A DNA stretch of 64,000 bases from Bdellovibrionales bacterium (GTDB lineage: Bacteria; Bdellovibrionota; Bdellovibrionia; Bdellovibrionales; UBA1609): the NCBI GenBank assembly GCA_027317865.1, contig DAHVQG010000007.1, forward strand, positions 32,001-96,000, written 5' to 3'. The notes below the pieces were generated by a model that saw only the letters and a program-made list of their open reading frames with translations, had not been told where the DNA came from and ran no database searches. The position numbers and the translations under genes are program-made. Of the stretch, positions 12,670-21,756 are shown piece by piece. How positions within the stretch are numbered: position 1 is the first letter of the stretch; every line of letters begins with the position of its first letter.

Positions 12670-13005
12670 ATGACAAAAATGAAAGCAGCAAAACAAAAAA
12701 AGCTAACACCGAAAAAGAAACATATTCAAAAGCCGGTTCGTAAACTCGCGCAAAATCCGGGTAAATTAAAAATGGTGTCGGCCCTTACGACGCAGGCCAA
12801 AAAGCGCGCCGAAAAATTAGATAAAATGCTCCTCAAATTGGCACCGGGCCCTTACACGCAAATCCTCAAGCAAATTCAGACGAGCAAGCGCCGAATCAAC
12901 GAAGAGCGGCAATTGGCACTTCAATTGGGTGAACGCATTCTTGCAAAGGCAAAAGAAGTTCGCGCTTCGATACCGTTGCCGCGAAGTCGAGCACCTCGAG
13001 GTTAG
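12670..13005 (+). CDS. Small, highly basic hypothetical protein
   Basis: Lys/Arg-rich ORF ending 3 bp before queC; start codon uncertain. Confidence 0.6.
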   Translation: MTKMKAAKQKKLTPKKKHIQKPVRKLAQNPGKLKMVSALTTQAKKRAEKLDKMLLKLAPGPYTQILKQIQTSKRRINEERQLALQLGERILAKAKEVRASIPLPRSRAPRG

Positions 13006-13008
13006 ATT

Positions 13009-13677
13009 TTGAAACAGCAAACCGTTGTACTGCTGTCTTCGGGGTTAGATTCAACCGTCAATTTTATGCAGGCGCGGCGCAATTTCGGAGTCAAACTAGC
13101 GGTCACATTTCAATATGGGCAGCGGGCATCAGTTCGCGAAGTTGAGCGGTCGCGATTAATTTGTGAACGTTATGAAGTTTCTCACAAAGTAATTGAGTTG
13201 CCTTGGCTTGCGGAATTGACTTCCACTTCACTTGTAAATCGTAATTGTGATGTGCCAACGGGAGAACGTTTGGCCATTGATGATGTTACGATATCGCAAG
13301 AATCAGCAAAGGCGGTATGGGTTCCGAACCGCAACGGAGTTTTTTTAAATATTGCGGCGAGTATTGCCGAATCAATAGGTGCCGATTTCGTTGTACCGGG
13401 GTTCAACAGTGAAGAAGCGGTTACGTTTCCGGATAACTCCGTGGAATATTTGCATGTGCTCGATCAAAGCTTTAGTTACTCAACCCTCACCCGGGTCAAA
13501 ACACTTTGTTTTACGCAAAACATGAACAAAAAAGAAATTGTACTACTGGGTCGCGAGTTAAGCGCACCGTTTGACCTCATGTGGCCGTGTTATTTTGGTG
13601 GCGCAGAACCGTGCGGTGAATGTGAATCGTGTTTACGCTTTAACCGGGCTATGGCGGGTGCGGAGTTGAAACGATGA
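13009..13677 (+). CDS. queC: 7-cyano-7-deazaguanine synthase
   Basis: SSGLDS PP-loop, YGQR, VPNRNGVFL, FPD, Zn motif C..PCGECESC. Confidence 0.94.
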   Translation: MKQQTVVLLSSGLDSTVNFMQARRNFGVKLAVTFQYGQRASVREVERSRLICERYEVSHKVIELPWLAELTSTSLVNRNCDVPTGERLAIDDVTISQESAKAVWVPNRNGVFLNIAASIAESIGADFVVPGFNSEEAVTFPDNSVEYLHVLDQSFSYSTLTRVKTLCFTQNMNKKEIVLLGRELSAPFDLMWPCYFGGAEPCGECESCLRFNRAMAGAELKR

Positions 13678-14258
13678 AGTCAAAGTTTATCGAAAAATCT
13701 TTTTTATATGACGGCTCGCAACTGCGCAGTCTTTTTGCCTACCTGAATTTTGAACTCGAAGGTGATTCGATCGTCGCGTGGCAGGGTCCGTGCAACATAC
13801 CTTTTGATAAAATGATCGATGGCGAAGATCTGTTGGCGAAGAGCGCCATATGCGGCGAGAACATGCTCCATTTTATTGTGGAGCTATTTGGCGCTAGTCT
13901 GGCCCAATCGGTTGCGATGCAGCGGCTTCTGGCCTCGATGGCGTCAGATACACTTCAAGAAATGAACTCAACTTTGCGAATAGGCGCGGGACCAAATTTA
14001 CTACGACGTGAGGGTGACGATTTGTTTATCGGCGAGCGAAAACTGTCGATCAGCATTGCCACGGTTTCGCCCGTGTCGGCATTAATACATTTTGCAGTTA
14101 ACGTCGACAATCGCGGCACACCCGTCCCCACAATTAGCCTTTCAGATCTTAATGTTGCCGTTGAACCGTTTGCCAAGCGATTACTACAGAAGTTTGCCGA
14201 CGAAGCGGAGTCGATTGCGAGAGCCACTCGAAAGGTGCGGCCCACAACAAGCTTTTAA
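13674..14258 (+). CDS. DUF366-like (BPL/LplA-fold) protein
   Basis: YDGSQL, GDSIV, MLHFIVE, R.GDDL..RKLSISIAT, IHFAVNV match my recollection of DUF366. Overlaps queC (ATGA). Confidence 0.75.
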   Translation: MKSKFIEKSFLYDGSQLRSLFAYLNFELEGDSIVAWQGPCNIPFDKMIDGEDLLAKSAICGENMLHFIVELFGASLAQSVAMQRLLASMASDTLQEMNSTLRIGAGPNLLRREGDDLFIGERKLSISIATVSPVSALIHFAVNVDNRGTPVPTISLSDLNVAVEPFAKRLLQKFADEAESIARATRKVRPTTSF

Positions 14259-14340
14259 AGCACAACCATAAGCTTTTCGAATTGACCGCAGACAAGCGAT
14301 TATATAATGCTGTGCTTTTGCATAGCCGAGGGGAAATGGC

Positions 14341-15897
14341 ATGAATAAACTTTTTATCCGCAAACCCATGAAGCAGCTCATAGCAGAAGGCGATTCGTCA
14401 GCTGAAAGCGGACCCGGGCTCAAACGTCACCTGACGGCGTTTAATCTCACGACGTTAGGCATCGGTGCGATTATCGGCGCTGGGATTTTTTCTTTAACCG
14501 GAATTGCGGCCGCCGATTACGCGGGGCCTGCAATCATTTACAGCTTTGTGATTAGCGGAATATTGTGCGCTTTCGCCGGTCTGTGCTACGCCGAAATGGC
14601 GTCGATGGTGCCAATCGCCGGCTCCGCCTATTCATATTCGTATGCAACGCTTGGTGAATTTGTCGCATGGATCATCGGTTGGGATTTGATTTTAGAATAC
14701 GCTTTTGGCGCCATTACGGTTTGCGAATCGTGGAGCGGCTATGCCTTGTCACTCCTGCAAAAAACGCTTGGCGTTCACTTCACAGACAAGATGATGTTGT
14801 TCACTAAAGGCCCGTGGGAGCACGTTACGCTTAGTTCCGGCGCCGTTGTTCATGGCGTTTGGAATCTGCCGGCTTCTCTGATTGCCCTTGCGGTGACGCT
14901 CGTTTTGATTAAAGGCATTAAAGAGTCTGCGACAATTAACAACATCATCGTCGTGACTAAGGTGGCCATCGTCGTCCTTGTTATAATCTTAGGGTGGGGT
15001 GTGATTAGCATGCATAACTGGCATGTGAACCCTACCGCAACGGGTCTCATGGCGCTTATTCCGCCGCCTCAACATGTAATGCGCGAACATCATATGATGA
15101 CCGTATTTGGTTTGCCGGGCGTGCTTACTGGAGCGGCAGTCGTGTTCTTTGCGTATATCGGGTTTGATGCGGTCTCAACGGCTGCGCAAGAAACGCGAAA
15201 TCCGCAACGAGATCTGCCAATCGGGATCCTTGCGTCTCTTGTGATTTGCACAATCCTTTATATATTGATGGCCGCGGTTATGACCGGGGTTGTCCATTAT
15301 ACAAAGCTTGGCGTGGCTGATCCCGTTGCAGTCGCTATTGATAAAATTATTCAGCTACGACACTGGCCACTTGCGGCCAAACTCCCGCTGGGTTTTGGTG
15401 TGAAGTTTGGAGCGTTGCTCGGCTTGACTTCAGTTGTATTGGTATTGATGCTGGGGCAAACGCGGATCATTTACACAATGGCGCGTGATGGACTGCTCCC
15501 CTGGTTTCATCGTGTGCACCCGAAGTATCAAACGCCCGCTATTGCGACAATTGTGACCGGTATTTTTGTCATGTTATTGGCTGGAGTCATGCCGTTATCA
15601 CTCGTCGGTGAACTTGTTTCTATCGGCACTCTACTTGCGTTTTCGCTGGTGTGTATCGGGGTCATTGTATTGCGAAGAATTGAGCCAAACGAGAAACGTC
15701 CGTTCCGGGTTCCCTTCTATCAAGTCATTGCACCACTGGGTGTAATCTCATGTATTTGGGTCATGACCGGTTTACCGTTAGATACATGGATACGTCTCAT
15801 TGTATGGCTCATTATTGGGCTCGTTATTTATTTTACATACAGTATTAAACACAGCCGTTTGCGAAACGGAAATGCCAATCACAACGAGCATAGCTAG
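14341..15897 (+). CDS. APC-family amino acid permease
   Basis: GIGAIIGAGIF, CYAEMAS.VP.AGSAY, FFAYIGFD; 12 or more TM helices. Confidence 0.93.
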   Translation: MNKLFIRKPMKQLIAEGDSSAESGPGLKRHLTAFNLTTLGIGAIIGAGIFSLTGIAAADYAGPAIIYSFVISGILCAFAGLCYAEMASMVPIAGSAYSYSYATLGEFVAWIIGWDLILEYAFGAITVCESWSGYALSLLQKTLGVHFTDKMMLFTKGPWEHVTLSSGAVVHGVWNLPASLIALAVTLVLIKGIKESATINNIIVVTKVAIVVLVIILGWGVISMHNWHVNPTATGLMALIPPPQHVMREHHMMTVFGLPGVLTGAAVVFFAYIGFDAVSTAAQETRNPQRDLPIGILASLVICTILYILMAAVMTGVVHYTKLGVADPVAVAIDKIIQLRHWPLAAKLPLGFGVKFGALLGLTSVVLVLMLGQTRIIYTMARDGLLPWFHRVHPKYQTPAIATIVTGIFVMLLAGVMPLSLVGELVSIGTLLAFSLVCIGVIVLRRIEPNEKRPFRVPFYQVIAPLGVISCIWVMTGLPLDTWIRLIVWLIIGLVIYFTYSIKHSRLRNGNANHNEHS

Positions 15898-15902
15898 AAC
15901 TG

Positions 15903-16463
15903 CTATAATGCGATGACTTCGATGAGTTCAGGCACGGCTTCTTTGAGCCGTGCTTCAACGCCTTGTTTGAGTGTCATCATGGAGCTCGGGCAACCGGAGC
16001 AAGAGCCCTGCATATAAAGATAGAGCCGGTTGTCTTCGTAGCGCTGAAATACAATATCGCCGCCATCCATCGCGACGGCTGGGCGGATTTCGGTATCTAA
16101 TATTTGCTTGATCGTTTTAACCACAGGGGCGTCGTCAACAGTTGAACTATCAGCTACGCCCATCGCTCCCTCAGGCTTTTCGGCAAACAGTACGCCTTCG
16201 CCGCGCTCCAAATGTTCCTCAATTAAATTCGCTAACGGATCAGCGAGTATCTTCCACTCAACCCAACTTTGCTTTGTCACAGTGACAAAATCGGGGCCAA
16301 TCAAAACGGCCTGCGCCCACGGAAAGCCAAACAGCTTTTGCGCTAGCGGAGAGCGCAAAGTCTTTGCGGGATCATCAAAAAATACCGTCTCAGACGCAAT
16401 CTGGCGGCCGGCGCAAAATTTCATCGAATTCGGGTTTGGTGTGGCTTCGTAAATTACGGTCAT
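15903..16463 (-). CDS. NifU/Nfu-type Fe-S cluster scaffold
   Basis: N-terminal TPNPNSMKF; C-terminal IRPAVAMDGGDI..GSCSGCPSS..TLK.G. Start reassigned to an internal ATG. Confidence 0.9.
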   Translation of the reverse strand: MTVIYEATPNPNSMKFCAGRQIASETVFFDDPAKTLRSPLAQKLFGFPWAQAVLIGPDFVTVTKQSWVEWKILADPLANLIEEHLERGEGVLFAEKPEGAMGVADSSTVDDAPVVKTIKQILDTEIRPAVAMDGGDIVFQRYEDNRLYLYMQGSCSGCPSSMMTLKQGVEARLKEAVPELIEVIAL

Positions 16464-16545
16464 GGCCCTTTCCATTGCATGCTCTTTAAGAGCGCGATAT
16501 ACAATTGACTTTGTACTTATACCATATAACGCGAGGATGCGCGAT

Positions 16546-17469
16546 ATGACACCAAGAGTTCGAGAGATTTTAAGTTGGTACGGGGCTGAAAATCCTGGAG
16601 TTTTGACAAATTTAGCACGGATTCTCAATCACGGTCGAATCGGCGGTTCAGGTAAATTAGTCATTTTACCTGTGGACCAAGGTTTCGAACACGGACCTGC
16701 GCGCAGTTTTGCGAAAAATCCTAACGGTTATGATCCCAATTACCACATTCAACTTGCGATCGAATCGGGTTGCAATGCCTACGCGGCTCCGCTTGGTTTT
16801 ATCGAGGCGGTTGCGCGAGATTATGCCGGGGACATCCCGCTTATTTTAAAAATCAATAATTCCGATACGCTGATGAACCCAAAGGAAAATCCAATTTCTG
16901 CGGTTACGTCGTCGGTCGACGATGCACTTCGCCTGGGTTGTGCCGCGATTGGTTTTACAATTTATCCCGGTTCTACCGAGCGTAAACGTATGTATGAAGA
17001 AATTGCGATCTCGTCGCGCAAGGCGAAAGAGGCCGGACTGGCCGTCGTGATTTGGTCGTATCCCCGAGGTAAAGACCTTTCAAAAGACGGTGAAACGGCA
17101 ATTGATGTCATCGCCTATGCGGCTCATATTGCGGCAGAACTCGGAGCCAACATAATTAAAGTAAAACCGCCCACGGCGCACATCGAACAGGCCGAGGCAA
17201 AGAAAGTTTTTGAAGCCAGCGGTATTCGCGTCGAAAACATGGCGGATCGTGCGAAACATGTAGTCGAAAGTTGTTTCAACGGACGACGCGTGGTGATCTT
17301 TAGCGGTGGCCCGGCGAAGTCGACACCTGAAATTCTTGAGGAGCAGCGTGGTCTTGCCCGTGGCGGCGGCTTTGGTGCGATTATGGGACGAAATGCATTT
17401 CAGCGTCCGAAAAAAGAAGCAGTTCAATTAATTCACGACATTATGGATATCTACACTGGCCATGAGTGA
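16546..17469 (+). CDS. fbaB: Class I fructose-bisphosphate aldolase (DhnA/FbaB family)
   Basis: ILPVDQGFEHGP, WSYPRG, LGANIIKVK, FSGG, GRNAFQR. GAGG RBS before ATG 16546. Confidence 0.92.
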   Translation: MTPRVREILSWYGAENPGVLTNLARILNHGRIGGSGKLVILPVDQGFEHGPARSFAKNPNGYDPNYHIQLAIESGCNAYAAPLGFIEAVARDYAGDIPLILKINNSDTLMNPKENPISAVTSSVDDALRLGCAAIGFTIYPGSTERKRMYEEIAISSRKAKEAGLAVVIWSYPRGKDLSKDGETAIDVIAYAAHIAAELGANIIKVKPPTAHIEQAEAKKVFEASGIRVENMADRAKHVVESCFNGRRVVIFSGGPAKSTPEILEEQRGLARGGGFGAIMGRNAFQRPKKEAVQLIHDIMDIYTGHE

Positions 17470-18946
17470 AACAGAAAACCCTTTGCGGGCGGAAAAACGG
17501 CGGAAATTACATGAGCTACGCGAAAAGGGAATTGACCCCTATCCGCATACATTCGAACAAAAAAACCATGCTGGTGAGTTGCGCGAAACGTTTTCGCATT
17601 TGAATTCCGGCGATAAGCTTGAAAATGAAAAAGTTGTGCTTGCCGGCCGCCTAATGACCGTTCGGGACATGGGTAAAGCCGCCTTTTTTAATTTACAAGA
17701 CCAGACGGGCCAAATTCAAATCTACATTCGTTTGCAAGATATTTCTGAGGCCGCACGGGCGGCATTTAAACTCGCAGATATTGGTGACATTGTGGGCGTA
17801 AAGGGTTTTGTGTTTAAAACCCACAAGGGTGAGCTTTCTGTTCACGCTCAAGATTTTCAAATGCTTTGTAAAACGCTCGAACCGCTCCCAGAGAAATATC
17901 ATGGGCTCGCGGATGTCGAAACAAAGTATCGTTTGCGCCATCTTGATCTCATTATGAATGAAGAGTCGCGTCGTGTTTTTGTTGCGCGTTCTAAAATTAT
18001 CAGCGCCTTTCGCGAGTATCTCAACGCGCGTGGATTTTTAGAGGTTGAAACTCCTGTGTTGCAGCCGGTTTATGGCGGAGCCGCCGCGCACCCATTTTCC
18101 ACTCATCATCGCGCGCTCGATATGACTCTGTATCTCAAAATAAGTCCCGAAATTTATTTAAAGCGCTTGATCGTTGGCGGTTACGAAAAAGTCTACGAGA
18201 TTGCGACTAATTTCAGAAACGAAGGCATCGATCGATCGCATAATCCCGAATTTCGCATGCTCGAGTATTACGAGGCCTATACCGACTACAATTATCAGAT
18301 GAAACAGTTCGAAGAGATGATTGCCTTTGTGGCGACTCAAGTGACAGGGTCAACGAAAATAACTTATCAAGGCAAAGAAATTGAATTTAAACCTCCATGG
18401 CGGCGGCTCACGGTTTACGACGGTCTTCGTGAATATGGTGGCATCGACCCCGAAAAAATCAGCGACGCCGAGTTACGGGCGAAATTAAAAACTTGGCGCG
18501 AAAGCGGGGACGACGAAACTGAGCAAAAGTCGCGTGGTGAAATGATAATGGAGGCGTTTGAGCTCGTCGCTGAGAAGCATCTTTGGCAGCCGACATTCGT
18601 AATGGATCATCCTGTTGAGATTTCGCCGCTTACAAAATATCACCGTTCGAAGCCAGGCCTTGTTGAACGTTTTGAGCCTTTTGCCGCTTGTATGGAAATC
18701 GGCAACGCGTACACCGAATTGAATGACCCGGAAGAACAATATCGACGGTTGAAAGAACAAGAAGCCAAACGGGTGATCGACGAAGAGGCTCATCCTATGG
18801 ACGAAGATTTTATGCATGCAATAGATGTCGGGATGCCGCCGACCGGTGGAGTGGGCATCGGAATCGAGCGCATCGTGATGATGTTAACCGATCAGCCGAG
18901 TATACGAGACATCATATTCTTTCCGACCATGAAGATAAATCAGTGA
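17462..18946 (+). CDS. lysS: Lysine--tRNA ligase (class II)
   Basis: LPEKYHGL, FRNEGID..HNPEF, GNAYTELNDP, GMPPTGG.GIGIER. Confidence 0.98.
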   Translation: MSETENPLRAEKRRKLHELREKGIDPYPHTFEQKNHAGELRETFSHLNSGDKLENEKVVLAGRLMTVRDMGKAAFFNLQDQTGQIQIYIRLQDISEAARAAFKLADIGDIVGVKGFVFKTHKGELSVHAQDFQMLCKTLEPLPEKYHGLADVETKYRLRHLDLIMNEESRRVFVARSKIISAFREYLNARGFLEVETPVLQPVYGGAAAHPFSTHHRALDMTLYLKISPEIYLKRLIVGGYEKVYEIATNFRNEGIDRSHNPEFRMLEYYEAYTDYNYQMKQFEEMIAFVATQVTGSTKITYQGKEIEFKPPWRRLTVYDGLREYGGIDPEKISDAELRAKLKTWRESGDDETEQKSRGEMIMEAFELVAEKHLWQPTFVMDHPVEISPLTKYHRSKPGLVERFEPFAACMEIGNAYTELNDPEEQYRRLKEQEAKRVIDEEAHPMDEDFMHAIDVGMPPTGGVGIGIERIVMMLTDQPSIRDIIFFPTMKINQ

Positions 18947-19797
18947 CAAGGACACTGACGTTCTATTTGGTGTTTATTGCAACGCTGCTTTGTCTCGGGT
19001 CCTGCGCGCAAAAACCCACTCGAGTTTTTACTACTCAGGATATCAATTCAATTTTTCTCGAAAAAGAATTGCAACGGCCGATTAAAATTGATGCAAAAAC
19101 TATTTTTGTTGATGCGCGGTCTAATTTTCAATTTGCCATGTTGCACGCTCCGCAATCCGTACATGTGTCCTGGACTGATTTTACGAAGAACTCGAAAAGC
19201 GGGACACTAAAAGAAGATTTGACGGGCGAGGCGCAAAGGTTGGCGTTGCTCGGATTAGCACCGGCGTCGGATGTTGTGGTGTTGAGTGGACGTGACCATA
19301 AAAGTTGGATCGACGCGGGTTATGTGGCGTGGGCCCTTATGTATCTTGGGGTGAAGCAGGTTCAACTTGTGAATATGCACCATCTCCATATTCATTATTA
19401 CAACAACCATCCGCCGCCTCGGCCCAATGCACCAGTGTGGCAGCCAAAACTTGCTGCCCGAATGTTGGTCAATCACCGTGAAATCGAAAAGTTAAAAGCG
19501 AACATTCATACGCCGTTTGTACGCGTAATTGATTCACGAACACATGCTGAGTTTTCGTTCGAGTGGCGAGAGTTTTTTAACCGAAACGACCGTCCAAGTT
19601 TGAAAATGAAGCGAAAATTGAATGCGATGGGCATCAAAGATGGCGATCGCATAATCGCACTTTCGAGTCGCGGCTTGCGTGCTGCGGCCGTGGCCTACAG
19701 TCTGCTCGCCGTTGGATTTCGTAATGTCGGGATACTTCCGGGTGGAACCATCGAATTGTTGAACCGTGTCAGCAGTGCCAAATTTCATATGCGATAA
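18943..19797 (+). CDS. Rhodanese-like lipoprotein
   Basis: Lipobox LGSC and two rhodanese-like repeats (FVDARS..F...H.P; VIDSR; GFRNV..L.GG). Confidence 0.7.
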   Translation: MTRTLTFYLVFIATLLCLGSCAQKPTRVFTTQDINSIFLEKELQRPIKIDAKTIFVDARSNFQFAMLHAPQSVHVSWTDFTKNSKSGTLKEDLTGEAQRLALLGLAPASDVVVLSGRDHKSWIDAGYVAWALMYLGVKQVQLVNMHHLHIHYYNNHPPPRPNAPVWQPKLAARMLVNHREIEKLKANIHTPFVRVIDSRTHAEFSFEWREFFNRNDRPSLKMKRKLNAMGIKDGDRIIALSSRGLRAAAVAYSLLAVGFRNVGILPGGTIELLNRVSSAKFHMR

Positions 19798-19863
19798 AAA
19801 AATCGCCTTGCATATTCGTGTGTCCGAAGAATAAATTTTTATAAGGGCAAAAAAGGGGGGAAT

Positions 19864-20742
19864 ATGCGATTCAGCATGGCGTTTGGTCTTTTCTGCACGA
19901 TTGGCCTTGTTGGTTTCGCGGGTTTTGCACAAACCCCGTTTCACGAGCATGTAACTTGCTATAAACATATGAATCGCGGCCGGGAATGGAACGATTGCAT
20001 CACGAAAACGGAAGGCAGCACGAACCCCAATGTGCTGTTTGAATTTCACGGGCTGGGCGAGAACGTTCATTCTTGGATAACAAGTAAGCGTGATTTTCTG
20101 ATCCGGCAAGCGTGGCACACGCAGCATTTGCAGGCTCCCACGGTAGTTTCGGTATCGTTCGGTTCAATTTGGCTTTTAGCGCAAAAGAATTCGTCTCCGC
20201 GGAGCGGGCTTTTTGGATATTTTCGCGACGTAGTTTATCCGTCAATTTTAAAAAGCCTCGGGCCGATTCACGGCCAAAAGATATTGTTAGGCGCTTCAAT
20301 GGGAGGGTTTAACGCGTCACAAATTTATTTGAAACTCCCGCATTATTTTAACCGCTATGTTTTGATTTGCCCGATTATAGCCAACGTTTCGCCATTTTCG
20401 CCTGCCGCAAAAATTCAACAGTACATCACACAAAATAACGCAAATCCGTTTCGCGTTTACATGATGATGGATATTGCCAAAAATTACTTCCCAACCGCGC
20501 AGAGTTACAACACGGCCTATCCGCTTTTTTTAGCTAAAAAATATTTAAACGCCAGTTATCCGCCGATTTATTTGTCGTGTAGCCATGAAGACCCGTATGG
20601 TATTTTTAATGGAGTAAAAGAGTTTGCCAAACTTGCTCAACGGCGGGGCGTTGATGTTGAGTGGCGCGGAACCCATGGCCCGCATTGCACGATCGACGAC
20701 AGCGAAGTGGCTCGTGTGTTAGCGGTTGGCCAGAACCGCTGA
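19864..20742 (+). CDS. Secreted alpha/beta hydrolase (esterase family)
   Basis: Signal peptide, FHGLG oxyanion motif, GASMGG nucleophile elbow, C-terminal Asp and His. Confidence 0.85.
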   Translation: MRFSMAFGLFCTIGLVGFAGFAQTPFHEHVTCYKHMNRGREWNDCITKTEGSTNPNVLFEFHGLGENVHSWITSKRDFLIRQAWHTQHLQAPTVVSVSFGSIWLLAQKNSSPRSGLFGYFRDVVYPSILKSLGPIHGQKILLGASMGGFNASQIYLKLPHYFNRYVLICPIIANVSPFSPAAKIQQYITQNNANPFRVYMMMDIAKNYFPTAQSYNTAYPLFLAKKYLNASYPPIYLSCSHEDPYGIFNGVKEFAKLAQRRGVDVEWRGTHGPHCTIDDSEVARVLAVGQNR

Positions 20743-20750
20743 TATCCAGA

Positions 20751-21713
20751 TTAAACCGATTTTTTAAGTTGATCTTCCATTCGAAAGAGAACTTCGTACA
20801 TCGCGCGTAGTAGGTCGGTGTCAAAGCGCCCGGCGAGTTTAGTGCGCATGAATTCAAGAGCGGCCGACGGTTTCATTGGTTTATTGTAGGACCGTTGAGT
20901 GGTAAGTGCGTCAAACGTGTCGGATAGAGCGACAATTTTCGCCATGGGATGAATTTCTTTTGCTTGCAATTGTTGTGGATAGCCGTTCCCGGCCATGCTT
21001 TCGTGGTGCTCAAAGCAGCACGCTTTGATACCCTCCGAAACGTCGTGTTCGAGTAAAATCGCAAGGCCGTACTCAGGATGTCTTTGCATTTGCGCCCACT
21101 CGAGGTCGTTGAGCGGCCCCATCTTGCAAATGATATCGACGCTCACTTGCCGTTTGCCGATATCATGAAATAGTGCGCCTTGCCCCATCTCAACTAAAAG
21201 CTCACGGTTGTAACCCATAACATTGGCTAAGCCGAGTGAATATATTCCGACATCGAGTGAATGCGTATAAGTGTAAAAATCGTGACTCGATAACCCCACA
21301 AGATCGGCCATTGCGTCCGGCTCCGTAACCATCAGATCGACGAACTGTTCGACCATTTCTTTCGATTCTTTTAGCGCTTCGTCGATAGTGGGGTTTTCAA
21401 ACAACTCTTCGACTAAGGTGAGCGAGCTTTCGCGCAGCATGACGGCTTTTTCAATGGGATTGAGTTGCTGTGAGTTGAGCTTTTCGTGAACATACTTTTT
21501 AAAAGCGGGGCGGTCTTCAAGGCGAACAAAAAAACTGTCAGGGGCTTTGTCTTCGAAGCGTTGGAGCTTATCTTTTGAAAGCGTGTCGCCCGCGCGCAAA
21601 TAGTGAATTTGCTTATTGTTGATAAGAACATAAAGATCAAACGGAATCGGTTCTTTGATGTACAAAGAATTGAGACGAACTTTGACGTACCGTTCGCTGT
21701 GTTGCTCCGCCAT
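20751..21713 (-). CDS. HD-GYP domain cyclic-dinucleotide phosphodiesterase
   Basis: YTYTHS, HDIGK, HP.YG, HHE..AGNGYP, DTFDALT..RSY. Confidence 0.92.
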   Translation of the reverse strand: MAEQHSERYVKVRLNSLYIKEPIPFDLYVLINNKQIHYLRAGDTLSKDKLQRFEDKAPDSFFVRLEDRPAFKKYVHEKLNSQQLNPIEKAVMLRESSLTLVEELFENPTIDEALKESKEMVEQFVDLMVTEPDAMADLVGLSSHDFYTYTHSLDVGIYSLGLANVMGYNRELLVEMGQGALFHDIGKRQVSVDIICKMGPLNDLEWAQMQRHPEYGLAILLEHDVSEGIKACCFEHHESMAGNGYPQQLQAKEIHPMAKIVALSDTFDALTTQRSYNKPMKPSAALEFMRTKLAGRFDTDLLRAMYEVLFRMEDQLKKSV

Positions 21714-21756
21714 CCTTTTATTGCTCCATCTTCATATACAGGATATTAACTTGAGA

